From positions 30,380,001 through 30,444,000 of the forward strand of contig OX597834.1 of assembly GCA_951406725.2 (NCBI GenBank): a DNA stretch of 64,000 nucleotides, given 5' to 3'. This DNA comes from Octopus vulgaris (lineage: Eukaryota). A model generated the notes under the pieces. That model did no database searches. It was not told where the DNA came from and saw nothing but the letters and a program-made list of their open reading frames with translations. Positions 12,345-26,304 of the stretch are shown here, in pieces. Both the position numbers and the translations under genes were made by a program. Positions within the stretch are counted from its first letter, which is position 1. Every line of letters starts with the position of its first letter.

Positions 12345-12987
12345 ATGATGTCTCTGATTGAGATTTGGTGCAATGTGAATAAATTAAGGCTGAACCAAAA
12401 CATAATAATAATCTGATGAATTGGCAAAAATGAAAAAAAAAAAAAAAAAAAAGAACTACTGAAACAGCATGTGAATAGAGTTTGAGAATCTGCATTATCA
12501 AACAAAATGATATTATCAAATAAATGTTGAAGAAAATAAAAAGCAAAATCCCTAACTGGTATACAACTGACCTGGCAAAAATAGAGAGAGAGAGAGGGGG
12601 AAAGAGAGGAGAAACAGAGTGAGAGAGGCACATAGAGAACAGAGAGAGGGAGAGGGGGAGACAAACTGAGAGAATCATAGAGAGGGAGAGAGACAAAGAG
12701 AGATGGAGAAAGAAAGCATTATGAAATGGTCATCCTTGGTTTCACGAGTTGTTCAACACACACACATATATATATATGCACATATAATTTTTCTTGAAGC
12801 AAGCAGGTGATTGATTTAAGATTGAAAACTGCAGCAGAAGCAGAATAGGAGCAATACTAATAAATGCCGCAATACTAATAAATGAGAGTAACTATGAAAA
12901 AAATTGTTTTTGGTATGAAACCCCCCCCCCAAAAAAAAAACCCCAAAAGAATAAATTAAAGACGAAGATTTGGTAGAAGTAAGGGAC

Positions 12988-13117
12988 ACATGCATGAGTG
13001 TGTGTGTGTGAGAGAGAGGGGTGTATGTGTGTATGCATGTGTGGAGGTATAAGTATGTGTGTGAGTCCATGTGTAAGTGCATGAGTCCGTGAAAGTGAAA
13101 GTATTTGTGAAGAGAAT

Positions 13118-13180
<63 letters not shown>

Positions 13181-13330
13181 TATGTGTGTGTGCATGTGTG
13201 GAGGTATAAGTATGTGTGTGAGTCCATGTGTAAGTGCATATGTGCATGTGTGTATGAGTCTATGTGTGCACATGTGAAAGTGAAAGTGTTTGTGAAGAAG
13301 ATTGTGTGTGTGTGTGTGTGTGTGTGTGCA
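12988..13330. repeat. Two ~170-bp tandem units with (TG)n/(GA)n
   Basis: gcatgtgtggaggtataagtatgtgtgtgagtccatgtgtaagtgcat...gtgaaagtgaaagt occurs twice. Confidence 0.8.
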
Positions 13331-13361
13331 GTTGAGTGGGGGCAAGGGTTAGCTACAACAG

Positions 13362-13593
13362 AAGGCGGCGAGCTGGCAGAAACGTTAGCACGCCGGGCGA
13401 AATGTTTAGCAGTATTTCGTCTGCGTTACGTTGTGAGTTCAAATTCCGCCGAGGTCGACTTTGCCTTTCATCCTTTCGGGGTCGATAAATTAAGTACCAG
13501 TTACGCACTGGGGTCGATGTAATCGACTTAATACCTATGTCTGTCCTTGTTTGTCCCCTCTGTGTTTAGCCCCTTGTGGGTAATAAAGAAATA
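13362..13593 (+). mobile_element. Full-length family B SINE with 18-bp TSD
   Basis: GGTTAGCTACAACAGAAG at 13347-13364 and 13594-13611. Confidence 0.92.
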
Positions 13594-13663
13594 GGTTAGC
13601 TACAACAGAAGTAAAAAAAAAAAAATCACAAAAGTTGGGGAGGGAGAATGAATGTTGAAAATG

Positions 13664-13830
13664 TATTTCTTTACTGCCCACAAGGGGCTAAACATAGAGG
13701 GGACAAACAAGGACAGACAAAGGGATTAAGTCGATTACATCGACTCCAGTGGGAAACTGGTACTTTATTTATCAACCCTGAAAGGATGAAAGGCAAAGTT
13801 GACCTCGGTGGAATTTGAACTCAGAACGTT
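13664..13830 (-). mobile_element. 5'-truncated family B SINE
   Basis: Reverse-complement match to the B 3' half. Confidence 0.85.
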
Positions 13831-13904
13831 GGCACACATCATGTTTCCAGCCTTATAAACTGAGAGTTTATAAATGGATAGCAAGCAGGACTGTAATGGC
13901 TACA

Positions 13905-14332
13905 AATTTCATTTAGCAAATAACAGTTTGTCATTATCAAGCTGGTGTTTGGAACATAACATTTTTATGGCAGATTTTAATTTCGATCACTTTAACTCTT
14001 TTGTTACCATACTTCAACAGAAATCTATTTTTTCAATGATTTAGTAAAGTAACTTTGTCATTACTATGCTAGTGTTTGGAACATAAATTAACATGAAATT
14101 TTAATTGAGTGTTTTAATTTAGGTTCCTTTAACCCTTTCTTTTTCCATTTCAATTAATTTTGAAAATAAGGAAGAATTTGGTGAAATAATTTTGTCATTA
14201 CTAAGCTGGCATTTGGAACTTAAATTCATACGGAATTTCGATGAAGATTTTAATTTAGATCACTTTAAAAGAGGAAGTTTGTGACAAAGAATCATGGACA
14301 GTCTGAGACAGGTTGGAACCAGAAGAGTTAAA
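13905..14332. mobile_element. Nested or tandem family E2 MITE fragments
   Basis: Three repeats of ttgtcatta..agctggtgtttggaacata...ttttaatttagatcacttt, with new units starting at tttaa|c.cttt. Ends agaagagttaa. Confidence 0.65.
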
Positions 14333-14475
14333 TGTTATTGCCTCTTCGTATTCACTGTGATCTTCATTTATTGTGAGATGGAAATCTGGCCCAGAGGACA
14401 AGGTGAATTTGTGATAGAAAAATGGAAATCAGTTTCAGGTGAGTAGAGACATGGATATACCTAGATGCACATGTT

Positions 14476-14636
14476 CTGAGTTCAAATTCCGCCGAGGTCG
14501 ACTTTGCCTTTCATCATTTCAGGGTCGATTAAATAAGTACCAGTTACGCACTGGGGCCGATAAAATCGACTTAATCTGTTTGTCTGTCCTTGTTTAGCCC
14601 CTTGTGGGTTTAGCCCCTTGTGGGTAGTAAAGAATT
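14476..14636 (+). mobile_element. 5'-truncated family B SINE with 14-bp TSD
   Basis: TAGATGCACATGTT at 14462-14475 and 14637-14650. Confidence 0.85.
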
Positions 14637-16348
14637 TAGATGCACATGTTTGTTTATGCCTGTTATTTTACAAATACCTATGTATGTGCATATATTTGTG
14701 TGTGTATATGTATGTTGTTTGAATGTATGTGTCTGTGCATGTATTTGTGTGTATATAATGAAACCTCTTTGTTTTGACCTCACATGACTGTTGTAAATGA
14801 GTGTCACCACCTTACAAGCAGTGTTAATCCCTTCCAGCCTTGCATTAAAACATGTCCAGCTCCACATTTCATGGGCACACAAGTATTACACATATTTCTT
14901 TGTGCCAACTGCTATTTCACATATTACAAGAAACCTTTGGAGCCAAACAAAACAATAACACTTGCATTCCCCCCACTTTTTTGCTTTGTATTCCTCTAAC
15001 AATGCACTCAGTTTACTCCAGGGCCTCCATCGGTAAACACTGACCATACATCTGCACACATGGAAGCAGCTCAGGGCAAGACTTTCCTATGCCATCTATG
15101 CAAATTTCCTTCTTTCCACACCACAAATACTTATATAAGGAAAAGGCCAATCCAAATTGGATCGACACAGCTTGGCATCAGTGTCATTACAGGGCTTGCT
15201 GTGAGAACACAAAGGGCCAGAACAAATGCCATAAAGCATCTTGCTCCCGACCCCCAAACAGCTCCACCAATCCACCATCCTGTTTGGTAATTTTGTTTTC
15301 TCAACCCCAAAGAATAAAAGGCAAAGTCAAACACAGTGGGATTTGAACTCATATCAAAGTATTCTCTATCCAACATTCTAAACAACTCAGCCAACATACT
15401 GCTGCGGTGAATCTATCCTAATTAAGGTCACCAAGGTAACAGAATCCACCTCCTGCCATTCATTTGTGAGAAGAACCAGAATACAATAGAATCAGATTTG
15501 TTATGTTGGCTCTCTTTGTATGTGTGTAGTTATTCTTGTCTCAGGTGGTCTTCTTTGTGTGTTTGAAAAAGTCTCTTAACATCTGAAAAAATCTGGCAGC
15601 AAATATCACCATATTGCCAACACTGGCAAGATACAGTATAAACAACTACCCACGGTAGCATATTGCCACACACACACACACATGCATGCACTCCATCATG
15701 AATTCTTTATTGCTTTTGGGTGCTCCCATTTCTCCTGGGAGACAGAGGAGGAACTTTGCTCTTTGGAATCTTCTGTTTAACCAAATGAAATTAGGAATGA
15801 TAATAAAAAAGAATATTTTGATGCAAAGCTATTTTAAAGAGATACCCACCCCACCTCTTCCTTTTTACTGTTGAGGAAATTTTGGGGAAACTGATGATGG
15901 ATAATTTAGATTAGAAAAGGTTTGGAAAAAAAAAATAACCAAACAAAAAGAAATGAAAAAAAAGATGAAATGTGAAAGGGTAACTGTTTTCGTTTCCTCT
16001 CAGGCTTTTGTGGCTGGGTGGTTAGGGTGTCGCACTCATAACTGTAAGATCGCAGTTTCAATTCCCGGACCAAACAGTGTGCTGTGTTCTTGAGTGAAAC
16101 ACTTCATTTGACATTGTTCCAGTCTACTCAGCCATAAAATTAGTTCTCTCAATAGCTGGGAACTTGACCCTGTGATAGACCAATGTCCCAATCAGTCAGT
16201 GGGGAATTTTGTAATCTTAGTCACCTGTACGCAATGGAAGACAGAACTAAGTCTAAGTTTCGAGTTTTGGGATCTTTACAATTAATGAAAAATTCCATGA
16301 GTACTAAAAAAAAACAATAAAATAAAAAGACAATTAACAATTAGCCAT

Positions 16349-16752
16349 AGGCATGGCTTGTGTGTGGTAAGAAGTTTGCTTCCAAACTACATGGTCCTGG
16401 GTTCAGTCCCATGCCATGGCACATTTGGTAATTGTCTTCTTCTATAGCCTGGGGCTGATCAATGCAATGAGAGCGGATTTTTGTAGATGGAAACTAAAAG
16501 AAGCCCATTATATATATGCATGTGTATCTCTTTGTATCTGTTTATGCCAGCACCATTGCTCGACAACTGGTTTTAGTGTTTAGGTTTCTGTAATTTAGCA
16601 GTTCAGCCAAAATACATGAATAGGACAAGTGCCAGGCCAAAAAAAAAAAAATAAAAAAGAGAGAGAGAGAGAGAGAGAAATGATTTGTTGAACTAAAATT
16701 CTTCAAGATGCTCCAGCATGGTCAGAGTCTAATAAGTGAAACAAATAAAAGA
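16349..16752 (+). mobile_element. Degraded family A SINE
   Basis: Head, B box gggttcagtccc, CORE-like segment and tail tgaaacaaataaaaga. Confidence 0.7.
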
Positions 16753-17381
16753 TACCAGAACCGAGTAATATTTGGCTAATTACAGCCCATCCCCTTGGAT
16801 AGAATTACACCATTTAAAAATGTGAGAGAATATTATTACACTGCCACACAAATCGTGATAACAGTTGAATTATAAATACATGCCACACAGACAGACAGTC
16901 ATGTGATAAACCAGTATTCAAGTATTCAATTTAAACCCTTTTATAAAAATTGAAATTAGGAATTGATTTATCAAATTAGAGATTGACTGAAATGCAAAAT
17001 ACATTAAAAAGAAATAAACAGTAAAAAAAAAAAATTTTTTTTGATTAAAAAAACCCCCCAAAATATGAAGTAAGATTCTAACTGAAAGTTAGCCATTAGG
17101 GGGCAAATTAAATGGGGTTAGCCCACTGGAGAGAATTCTGAGCAGCATTTAAAAAATTTTTTTCTGGTCCTTAACATTCTGAGTTCAAATAGCACCAAGG
17201 TCAACTTTACCTTTCATCCTTTCAGGGTTGATAAAATAAGTTACCAATCATGCAATGGGGTTGATGTAACTGACTTCCCCTCCCCTCAAAATTGCAACAA
17301 GAAATGTTACAACGGAATTTGTCCAGTACAATAACAATTTTGCCAGCTCACTGCCTTAATAATAATGATAATAATAATAAT

Positions 17382-17755
17382 CCTTTCTACTGGAGGCACA
17401 AGGCTTCAAATTTGTGGGGAGTGGACTAGTCGATTATATCAACCCCCAGTGTTTCACTGGTATTAATCCTGAAAGTTGACTTCGGTGGAATTTGAACTCA
17501 GAAAGTAATGGCAGGTGAAATACCTATTTCTTTATTATCCACAAGGGGCTAAACACAGAGAGGACAAACAAGGACAGACAAACGGATTAAGTCGATTATA
17601 TCGACCCCAGTGCATAAATGGTATTTATTTAATCGACCCCGAAAGGATGAAAGGCAAAGTCGACCTCGGCGGAATTTGAACTCACAACGTAGCAGCAGAC
17701 GAAATACCGCTAAGCATTATGCCCAGCGTGCTAATGATTCTGCCAGCTCTCCGCT
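17382..17755 (-). mobile_element. Family B SINE inserted into an older B-like SINE
   Basis: Young copy at 17525-17755 whose 3' end abuts the GGTATTTC site of an older copy. Confidence 0.75.
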
Positions 17756-17809
17756 TTATGATGATGATGATGATAAGAAGAAGAAGGCCGCCATCACCAC
17801 CAGTTACTA

Positions 17810-17975
17810 AAAGACAATATTGCAAGAATGAAGGTAATGGAGAGAGTAACTGTCATCCCAGTAATTGTAGGGGGGCACCACTAGGGGCACTAACAATCAG
17901 GTTTGATGGATGTTAGAAAAACTGAAACTGACAAGAGAATGTAAAAAAAAAAAACTGCTCTACTTGGGGGTTAGT
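17810..17975 (+). mobile_element. R4/Dong-like LINE C-terminal remnant
   Basis: Reads VMERVTVIPVIVG..LGALT..KTALLG. Confidence 0.5.
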
Positions 17976-18930
17976 TAAAAAAAATTAATGAATAAGTGTT
18001 ACATTTGACAAAGTAATCAAAGAGTTAAAATGGTACTAAAGATGCGATTGCCATGGAAATTTGACTGCTATTTCTAACAAGCCAAGCATTTCAGCTAGCT
18101 GTAGGTCAGCCTTGACCATAGCAAGCCTACACGTTTCTAGCCATGGCCATCCCATGTTGTTTCTAAATCTACAACTACATTGTTCAAATGTATCCTTTCT
18201 CAGTTAACACGAAAAAGGGATATGATTTGAAGATTCATCTGCTATTTCTAGCAAACCAAGCAACCACGCATGCTACCTAAGTGGTTCTGCTTATTCAACC
18301 GAGCCATCCTGTTACAAGATGAAAACTTCTCCATTTTTCTCTCTCTCCTTCTCTATTTCTCTCTTTCATTCATTCTCTTCTTCTCTCTTTCTCTTAATTG
18401 CTTTCTCTTTCTTCCATCCTCCACCTCTCTCACCTTTTCATTCGTTAACCAAATTTCTCAGAACATAGACCCTAAAACAAGCAGAAGACTCTCCCCACCT
18501 TCCTGACTATTCCACATACATCAGTAACCAGAGATGGTTCCGCAACATGCTGTTATATATTCAGTGTTAACGAAATTAAATGGATAAATGGAAGGAAAGG
18601 GGTTGGGGCATGGCAGGGATCTGGGGGAACATTTTTGAGTTTTGTAGGGTTTTTTTATTTTATATTATTTTTTAAAAATATGCAATCATATGAATATATC
18701 TACTGGTATATGTACACATGCATGTTTGTGTGTGTGCGTAATGCATATGTATATGTATATGAAGTGAATTGATAGGGGTGGGGAAATCAGGGTGGAAGAT
18801 ATTAATTTTTGTAATTCAAAAAATTTTCTCCTTATGAATATGCAATCAAATGTGTTTATTGGTATTCTCACACATATCTATGTGTGCATACATGTGTATG
18901 TGTGTATATATGTATCAATGCATGCATATG

Positions 18931-18981
<51 letters not shown>

Positions 18982-19136
18982 TATATTGATTTTGTATTGG
19001 GTAGGTGCAAGAGCAATTTTGCAGAGGAAGTGGAGTAGGTTTACATTAATCGCGAACGGAGTCATTAACCTAAAGACAAGTATTGGTAATTTATTAACAG
19101 GTATGGAAAAGACCAAGTTAATTGATTCCACCAGAG

Positions 19137-19138
<2 letters not shown>

Positions 19139-19168
<30 letters not shown>

Positions 19169-19276
19169 TCATGCTTGAGTGACTGAGTGTGCATGCATGT
19201 GTGAGTATATATTGCACATGAATATGCTTGTATGTGCATACATATGTGATTGTGTGTATGCATATGTCTGGGATAA

Positions 19277-19313
<37 letters not shown>

Positions 19314-19745
19314 TCATGCTTGAGTGACTGAGTGTGCGTGCATGTGTGAGTATATATGCACATGAATATGCTTGTATGTGCATACATATGTGGTTGTGTG
19401 TATGCATATGTCTGGGACAAAAGGTGTGTGTGTATGTGTGTGCATGTGTGTGTGTGTGTATTCATGCTTGAGTGACTGAGAGTGTGTGGATGTGTGAGTA
19501 TATATGCACATGAATATGCTTGTATGTGCATGCATATGTGGTTGTGTGTATGCATATGTCTGGGACAAAAGGTGTGTGTGTATGTGTGTGCATGTGTGTG
19601 TGTGTGTGTGTATTCATGCTTGAGTGACTGAGTGTGCGTGCATGTGTGAGTATATATGCACATGAATATGCTTGTATGTGCATACATATGTGGTTGTGTG
19701 TATGCATATGTCTGGGACAAAAGGTGTGTGTGTATGTGTGTGCGT
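19139..19745. repeat. Minisatellite, ~150-bp unit x4, separated by (TG)n
   Basis: tattcatgcttgagtgactgag starts at ~19166, 19311, 19459 and 19611. Confidence 0.93.
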
Positions 19746-20003
19746 GAGTGTGTTCACAGATGAGTGAAATAAAAAAAAAAACGACATTGAAAAAGCATCT
19801 CTATGCAGAAACAAACTGCCCTTTCACAAAGAAAGGGCGACATGAAATAAGGGACAAAGAACAAAAATAAATAGAAAAAGCAGTCTGAGTGCAAATAAAG
19901 TAAGTGTTCATTTGAAACAGAAGGAATGTTTATCAGTCATGAAAACTGAATCTAAACCAGTATTTAAGATGGTATGAAAGGGGTGGGGTGGGGGGAAGAG
20001 TCG

Positions 20004-20009
<6 letters not shown>

Positions 20010-20035
<26 letters not shown>

Positions 20036-20111
20036 AACAGCAAAAAGGCTTATAAAGAAGGATATAAAAAAAAAGAGAAAGAGATATATAAAAAGAGCAA
20101 GAAACATAGAT

Positions 20112-20152
<41 letters not shown>

Positions 20153-20485
20153 ACAGACAGATAGAGAGATGAATAAAGAGAGAGAGAGAGAGACAGACAG
20201 ATAGAGAGATGGAGAGAGAGAGAGAGAGACAGATAGAGAGATGAATAAAGAGAGAGAGAGACAGACAGACAGACAGAGAGATGGAGAGAGAGAGAGAGAG
20301 ACAGATAGAGAGATGAATAAAGAGAGAGAGAGACAGATAGAGAGATGAATAAAGAGAGAGAGAGAGACAGATAGAGAGATGAATAAAGAGAGAAAGAAAG
20401 CAATATAAAAATATATGAAAGGGAGAAATAGAGAGACAGACCCACACAGAGAAATAGAGAGACACAAGACGAGAGAGAGAGAGAA
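20010..20485. repeat. Compound (GA)n / agacagatagagagatgaataaag repeat
   Basis: Seen directly. Confidence 0.9.
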
Positions 20486-20548
20486 GAAACCAGTTTAACA
20501 AGACCATTTGTTACAGCTACTGTAAATAACTCTATAACTACCACCACC

Positions 20549-20584
<36 letters not shown>

Positions 20585-21049
20585 GATTACAGCAGAAGTT
20601 ATTTTAATATTTTATTGTAGCTAAAATATTGACCAGGTTCCCTCCATATTGCTGCTGTAAAACCAATCAAATCATCGACATTATTGGTTTCGTTCTTTTG
20701 ATGGCGTTTTCTAGCCGGAATATGCCGTTATATGCTATCGGCAACAAGAGCTGACACTTAGGCTAACACTGGGGAGTTTAATTTGCAATGTTCACCTTAA
20801 TGCGCAGAGAGGATGGGGGGGGGGGGTGAGAAAAGGGAGAAAAAAAAGGAAAAGGATTGCGCAGGGGAGGATGTGTCGATGATGTGTAGAATTGGAATTT
20901 TTATAGACTTTCTAGAGGAAGAGAGTGAGGGGGGGGGGGAGAAAGAAGAGCAGGGGCAAGATGGGGGAATGAGAGGAGGGAGGAGAAACAGAGAGGGAGA
21001 GACAAAGAGAGAGAAACAGAAAAGGAGATACAGAGATAAAAAGAGTAAA

Positions 21050-21131
<82 letters not shown>

Positions 21132-21334
21132 AGAAAGAACATTAGCAAACTGCTGTCCCTATTTTCACGGATAGTTCAACACATACCTAAACTGCCCATA
21201 AAAACACTTGTGTAAGATGTGTCGGTGACAATATGAAGAATTGGAAATTTTCATTGATTTTATTTCACAAATAAACAACTCTGAAGAGGCACCATTATCG
21301 ATAATGGATCTACTTCAATGGAGAAGACAAAAAA

Positions 21335-21700
21335 TGGCTGTGTGGTTAAGAACTTTGCTTCCCAATCACAGGGTTTCAGGTTCAGTCCCACTGCCAGGAA
21401 CCTTGGCAAGTGTCTTCTGCTATAGCCTTGGGCTGACCAATGCCTTGTGAGTTGATCTGGTAGATGGAAACTGAAAAAAGCCCATCATGTGTTTGTGTGT
21501 GTGTGTTTCCTTATTTTGTCATCAAGTAATGTAAATGAACACCATTCATTTCCAATATTTAGTGAAAATATGTCTGATGATGGGAAATATAACCTCAGAA
21601 CCAGGTAAAGGTCGGCAACAGGAGGAGCATCCAGTTGTAGAAATTCTGCCTCAATAAACTTTAACATAAGCAAGGATGGAAAAATGGATGTTAAAAGATC
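21335..21700 (+). mobile_element. SINE with family A head and D-type tail (A/D chimeric family)
   Basis: ggctgtgtggttaag head and CORE-like segment, then ggcaacagga..gcatcc..gtagaaa..ggatgttaaa tail. Confidence 0.65.
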
Positions 21701-22640
21701 CCTTTACCACAGGATGATTCTATACCCACAAGAATCCTCAAATACACTCAATAACATTTAGAACTCTTGCAAATGGGAATTCTGCCTTCTTTTACTGGTT
21801 TCAGTCATTGGACTGCAGCCATGCAGTGGCACTGCTTTCAAAAGTTCTCATCGAACAAATCAACCTCAGGACTCATTTGCCAAACTGCTAATGTTATGGG
21901 GATGTAAACAAACCAGCACCAGTTGTCAATCAGTGGAGAGAGGACAGACACAAACACACACACAAACAGCATTTCTGCCAACCAAATTCACTCATAAGGC
22001 TTTGGGTGGGCCTGGGGCTATTGTAGAAGATACTTTCTCAAGGTGGTGTGCAGTGGTATTGAACTCAAAATAAAGTTATAGCAAATCAAGCTTCTTAACT
22101 ATACAGCCATGTCTATACCTATATTAAAAGGTCGGTGTTCTTTTGTGGGGGAGGGTAGATTTTTTTGTGAGGGTGGGGGACCTCTCGAGTTGATTTTCCT
22201 CCATCATGGTTTAATTTTTTCTTTGTTTTCGTAGTTCAAAACTAAAATATAAAAGTGAAAACTAAAACTACAACAGTCAATCTACTTGAAATTTTCTTTA
22301 TGAAAAGCCAAAACAAACACAAAATTTTAAATAACAATAATAATAACAATAACAATAATAATCAATGACCTTTGAGATCAATACAGTAAAAGTTATCAAT
22401 CATTTGCTATCTGTTCTCGTGACATTTCCTCGTTAGATTTTGCAATCTAAATTTTCAATAATTGAAGTAAAGAACGGAGAGAAGCTTAAATATCAATGAG
22501 TGTATCGTTATTGTTGTTGTTATTGTTATGTTTTGATGGCAGAGTGTACTCTATGTCAAGATTTAGCTTCTTCTTGTAAAGCAATCCCCTCGCTCGTGTG
22601 AATGGCAGACTGCAGATAGAGTGTGTAGATAAGAAGTGTG

Positions 22641-22650
22641 GGGGCGGGGC
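22641..22650. promoter_or_regulatory. Perfect GC box (Sp/KLF site) in a unique, CpG-retaining block
   Basis: GGGGCGGGGC at 22641-22650 within non-repeat sequence at ~22400-22750. Function is unproven. Confidence 0.3.
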
Positions 22651-23370
22651 AAAGAATGCACAAGATCTCGACTGATTCACGATGTAAGGAAAGCTGAGTA
22701 ACAAGTTAAGGTAATTTCTGGAATCTGAGGTAACAACATCATGGTCTACGTCTGCAATAATAAGAATAATGATGATAATAGTAATGATTTCAAATTTTGG
22801 CACAAGGCCAGCAATTTCAGGGGAGGGGATAAAACAATTACATTAACCCCAGTGTTCAACTGGTACTTATTTTATCAACTCCCAACAGAATTTGAACTCA
22901 CAATGTAAAGATAGACAAAATACAACAAAGCATTTTGCCCAGTGTGTGAACAATTCTGCCAGCCCATCGCCTACTACTAATACTAATATTAATAATGATG
23001 ATGATGATGGTTTCAAATCTTGAATCAGGGCCAGCAGGTTTTTTTTTTGTTTTTTTTAGAGGAAGGGGAAATGGATTACATGACCCCATATTCAACTGCT
23101 ATTCATTTAATCAACCTCGAAAGGAGAAAAGGTAAAGTTGACCCCACCGGAATTTGAACTCAGGACATAAAAATGGATGAAATGCCACTAAGCATTTTGT
23201 CTTGCATGATAACAATCCTGCCAATTTGAGCCATAATAATAATAATAATAATAAGGCTTTGAAATGCCATATGATAATACAGTGGATACCAATGAGACTG
23301 CAAAAAAAAAAAAAACCACTCAGGGACTAATCAGAAAGACAGGGGAATAAGGGAAGAAAAAACTTTTTTA

Positions 23371-23521
23371 TTTGCCTATGGTAATTAGTATACTTGGTGC
23401 ATCCCTTAGACTGTTGCTTCAGAGGCTGAAGGACACTGGAATTAAGACTAACATTGCTGACCAGCAGAAAAGTACATTCCTGTATTGTACGAAAATCCTA
23501 AGAGAAATTCTTGAGATTTGA
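23371..23521 (+). mobile_element. R4/Dong-like LINE C-terminal remnant
   Basis: LPMVISILGASLRLLLQRLKDTGIKTNIADQQKSTFLYCTKILREILEI* resembles the IPVVIGALG...LQKSALLGTARILRKVL terminus. Confidence 0.6.
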
Positions 23522-24149
23522 AGAGAATTATTATCATCAAACCTCAAGACAACATCCCTGATAGTTTTAATTAAAATAATAACAATAATTAGGTAATATG
23601 TATTTTTTGTTTGAATATCAAATATGATAGAATTTAAAAGTATTGTACACATGCCATATTCCTTTGGTAAAATATACTCCCTAAGTTATCCATCATATAA
23701 TTGGGGTAATGCTCTTGTATAAATATCTTCCATCACCATCATCATGTCCACTTGTTCAGGTAGAATTCATTGAGGCAAGTTTTTCTACAGCTGGATGCCC
23801 TTCCAGTCACCAGCCCTCACCTGTTTCCAAATGAAGTAATATTTTCCCACAGCCAGACAGGTTTTTCATAGAAAACTAAAAACAACCAATACTGCTTGTA
23901 CAACGGTGATGCTCATTTACAACTATCACATGATATCTAGACAAGGGTGAACATTGACACACATGGAGTTTTGCAGTTAATTATCCTATGATGCCCTTGC
24001 TCATGCTCACATTATCAGTAATGTTTTCTGGAGCCATTATATGTTTTGGATATTTCAACATCAAATAATCCTCACCGAGGTGACCCAGCGGGAGTTGATC
24101 AGGCCCCAAAATTCACCCACAAATCTTTGGTCATTTTGGTGCTATAATA

Positions 24150-24349
24150 TATTTCTTTATTGCCCACAAGGGGCTAAACATAGAGGGGACAAACAAGGCC
24201 AGACGAACAGATTAAGACGATTACATCGACCCCAGTGCGTAACTGGTACTTAATTTATCGACCCCGAAAGGATGAAAAGCAAAGTCGACCTCGGCGGAAT
24301 TTGAACTCACAACGTAACGGCAGACGAAATACGGCTACACATTTCAGCC
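24150..24349 (-). mobile_element. Family B SINE within a family A remnant
   Basis: B consensus flanked by gctataata on both sides. Confidence 0.8.
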
Positions 24350-25920
24350 GCTATAATAGAAGACACTTGCCTGAGGTGCCTTGCAGTGGGATTGAACCCA
24401 AGACCACATGGTTGGAAAGTAAGCTTCTTAACCACACAGCCATGCCTGAGCCTGACAACAATTCATTAAGATATCCTGCAAGAAAGTGAGCTGAATCTCA
24501 TGCCTCGTTAATGTAACATAAGAAATAAAGCTGGTAATTAATCTAACACTCACTGACAAATTAGACAGAGCAGCACTAACTTGCCATATTTCATGGTCTT
24601 AAGGAAATTATAAATTAGCCTTAAAGCCAGTAATAACACTTTGACAGAAATACTCAATATTAATAAGAGATCTTATATTTACCCTTTCTGTGACAGCAAC
24701 TGAAATCTTTTATCATTTGTCTTTGATTTATTTCAGTCATTGGACTACGGCCATGCTGGGGCACCACTCTGAATGGTTTGATCAAAAAGGTTAACCCCAG
24801 TACTTTTTTGTGTGTCTGGTACTTATTGTATTGGTCCCTTTAGCTGAACGTCTACGTTATAAGGATGCAGCAAAACCAACACCTGTTGTCAAGCAGTGCA
24901 GCAGGGACACACGGACACACACGAGAGGCTTCCATCTACTACATTCACTCACAGAGCATTAGTAGGCTCAAGGCTAGAGTAGAAGTAACTTGTCCAAAGT
25001 GTCATGCAGTGTGACTGAACTCAAAATCACATGGTTGCAAAGCATGTTTCTAAACCACACAGCCACACCTGTGGGTATATTAAATCTGATACCAGACTGC
25101 TCAGGATAAAAACTTCATCACTATTTTCATAATTAACTGAAACACAGGCAGCATAGTTCAACAGAAATACAGTAATAAAAAGGTTACAGTAATTCAAATT
25201 AATACTTTTGTTCAAAATTCCAGGACTACATGGTTAAGAAGTTCACTCTGCAACAAAGTAGCCACATCTAGGACCAGGATGCCAACAATACTCTACTCAC
25301 CTTCAAGTGGAGCACGTACAGTGATCTTCACCATACATTAATGGCTCAAAGTGATGCAGGCTTTGAATAGCTGAAAGAACTTACAACCTTTTTGAATCAA
25401 AGAACTCCACCAGACTACTGGATTCTAGATCAGAAATTTTCACTAAATACAAGCATCTTAATAAGTTTCTACTAGTGAACAAGAAACCATCTTCTCCAGA
25501 TTAGTCATACAATCTAACAAACTACTAACCTTTCCCTGTTGAATTAAAAAGACTTATCATTGTCAATTCCCATTCTAACTGACCAAAGGCACATGACTCT
25601 TATCTTGCTTCCCACATTGGCTCAGTCCCAATGCATGGCACCTTGGGCTAGCAACAAGCTTGTGAGTGAATTTGGAAGACAAAAACTGAAAGAAGACCCT
25701 CGTGTGTGTGTCTGCCTGTCTCTGTGTCTTGACATCATATAGAATCACTGTTACATGCACAATGTCACACACTTCCAGTCTTCTGCGAAGATGTCTAGGC
25801 TGGCAACAGGAAGGGCATCCAGCACTAATAAAATCAACCTCAACACATTCTGCCTGACACATGCTAGCATGGATAAGCGGACATGGAAATGATGATGATG
25901 ATAGTGAATCTAGAGAGTGT

Positions 25921-26304
25921 GGAAGCACTCCGTCGGTTACGACGACGAGGGCTCCGGTTGATCCGAATCAACGGAACAGCCTGCTCGTGAAATTAACGTG
26001 TAAGTGGCTGAGCACTCCACAGACACGTGTACCCTTAACGTAGTTCTCGGGGATATTCAGCATGACACAGAGAGTGACAAGGCCGGCCCTTTGAAATACA
26101 GGTACAACAGAAACAGGAAGTAAGAGTGAGAGAAAGTTGTGGTGAAAGAGTACAGCAGGGATCACCACTATCCCCTGCTGGAGCCTCGTAGAGCTTTAGG
26201 TGTTTTCGCTCAATAAACACTCACAACGCCCGGTCTGGGAATTGAAACCGCGATCTTATGACCGCGAATCCGCTGCCCTAACCACTGGGCCATTGCGCCT
26301 CCAC
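25921..26304 (-). mobile_element. Full-length family C SINE with 15-bp TSD
   Basis: GAATCTAGAGAGTGT at 25906-25920 and 26305-26319. Confidence 0.92.

Noticed and set aside
11703-12696. Long poly-N/I/Y/L ORFs of 173-300 aa
   Set aside because: They are translations of the (AAT)n microsatellite.
18868-20559. HT/CV/LS-rich ORFs, and similar ones at 28.4-29.1 kb and 61.7-63.1 kb
   Set aside because: They are dinucleotide-repeat and minisatellite translations.
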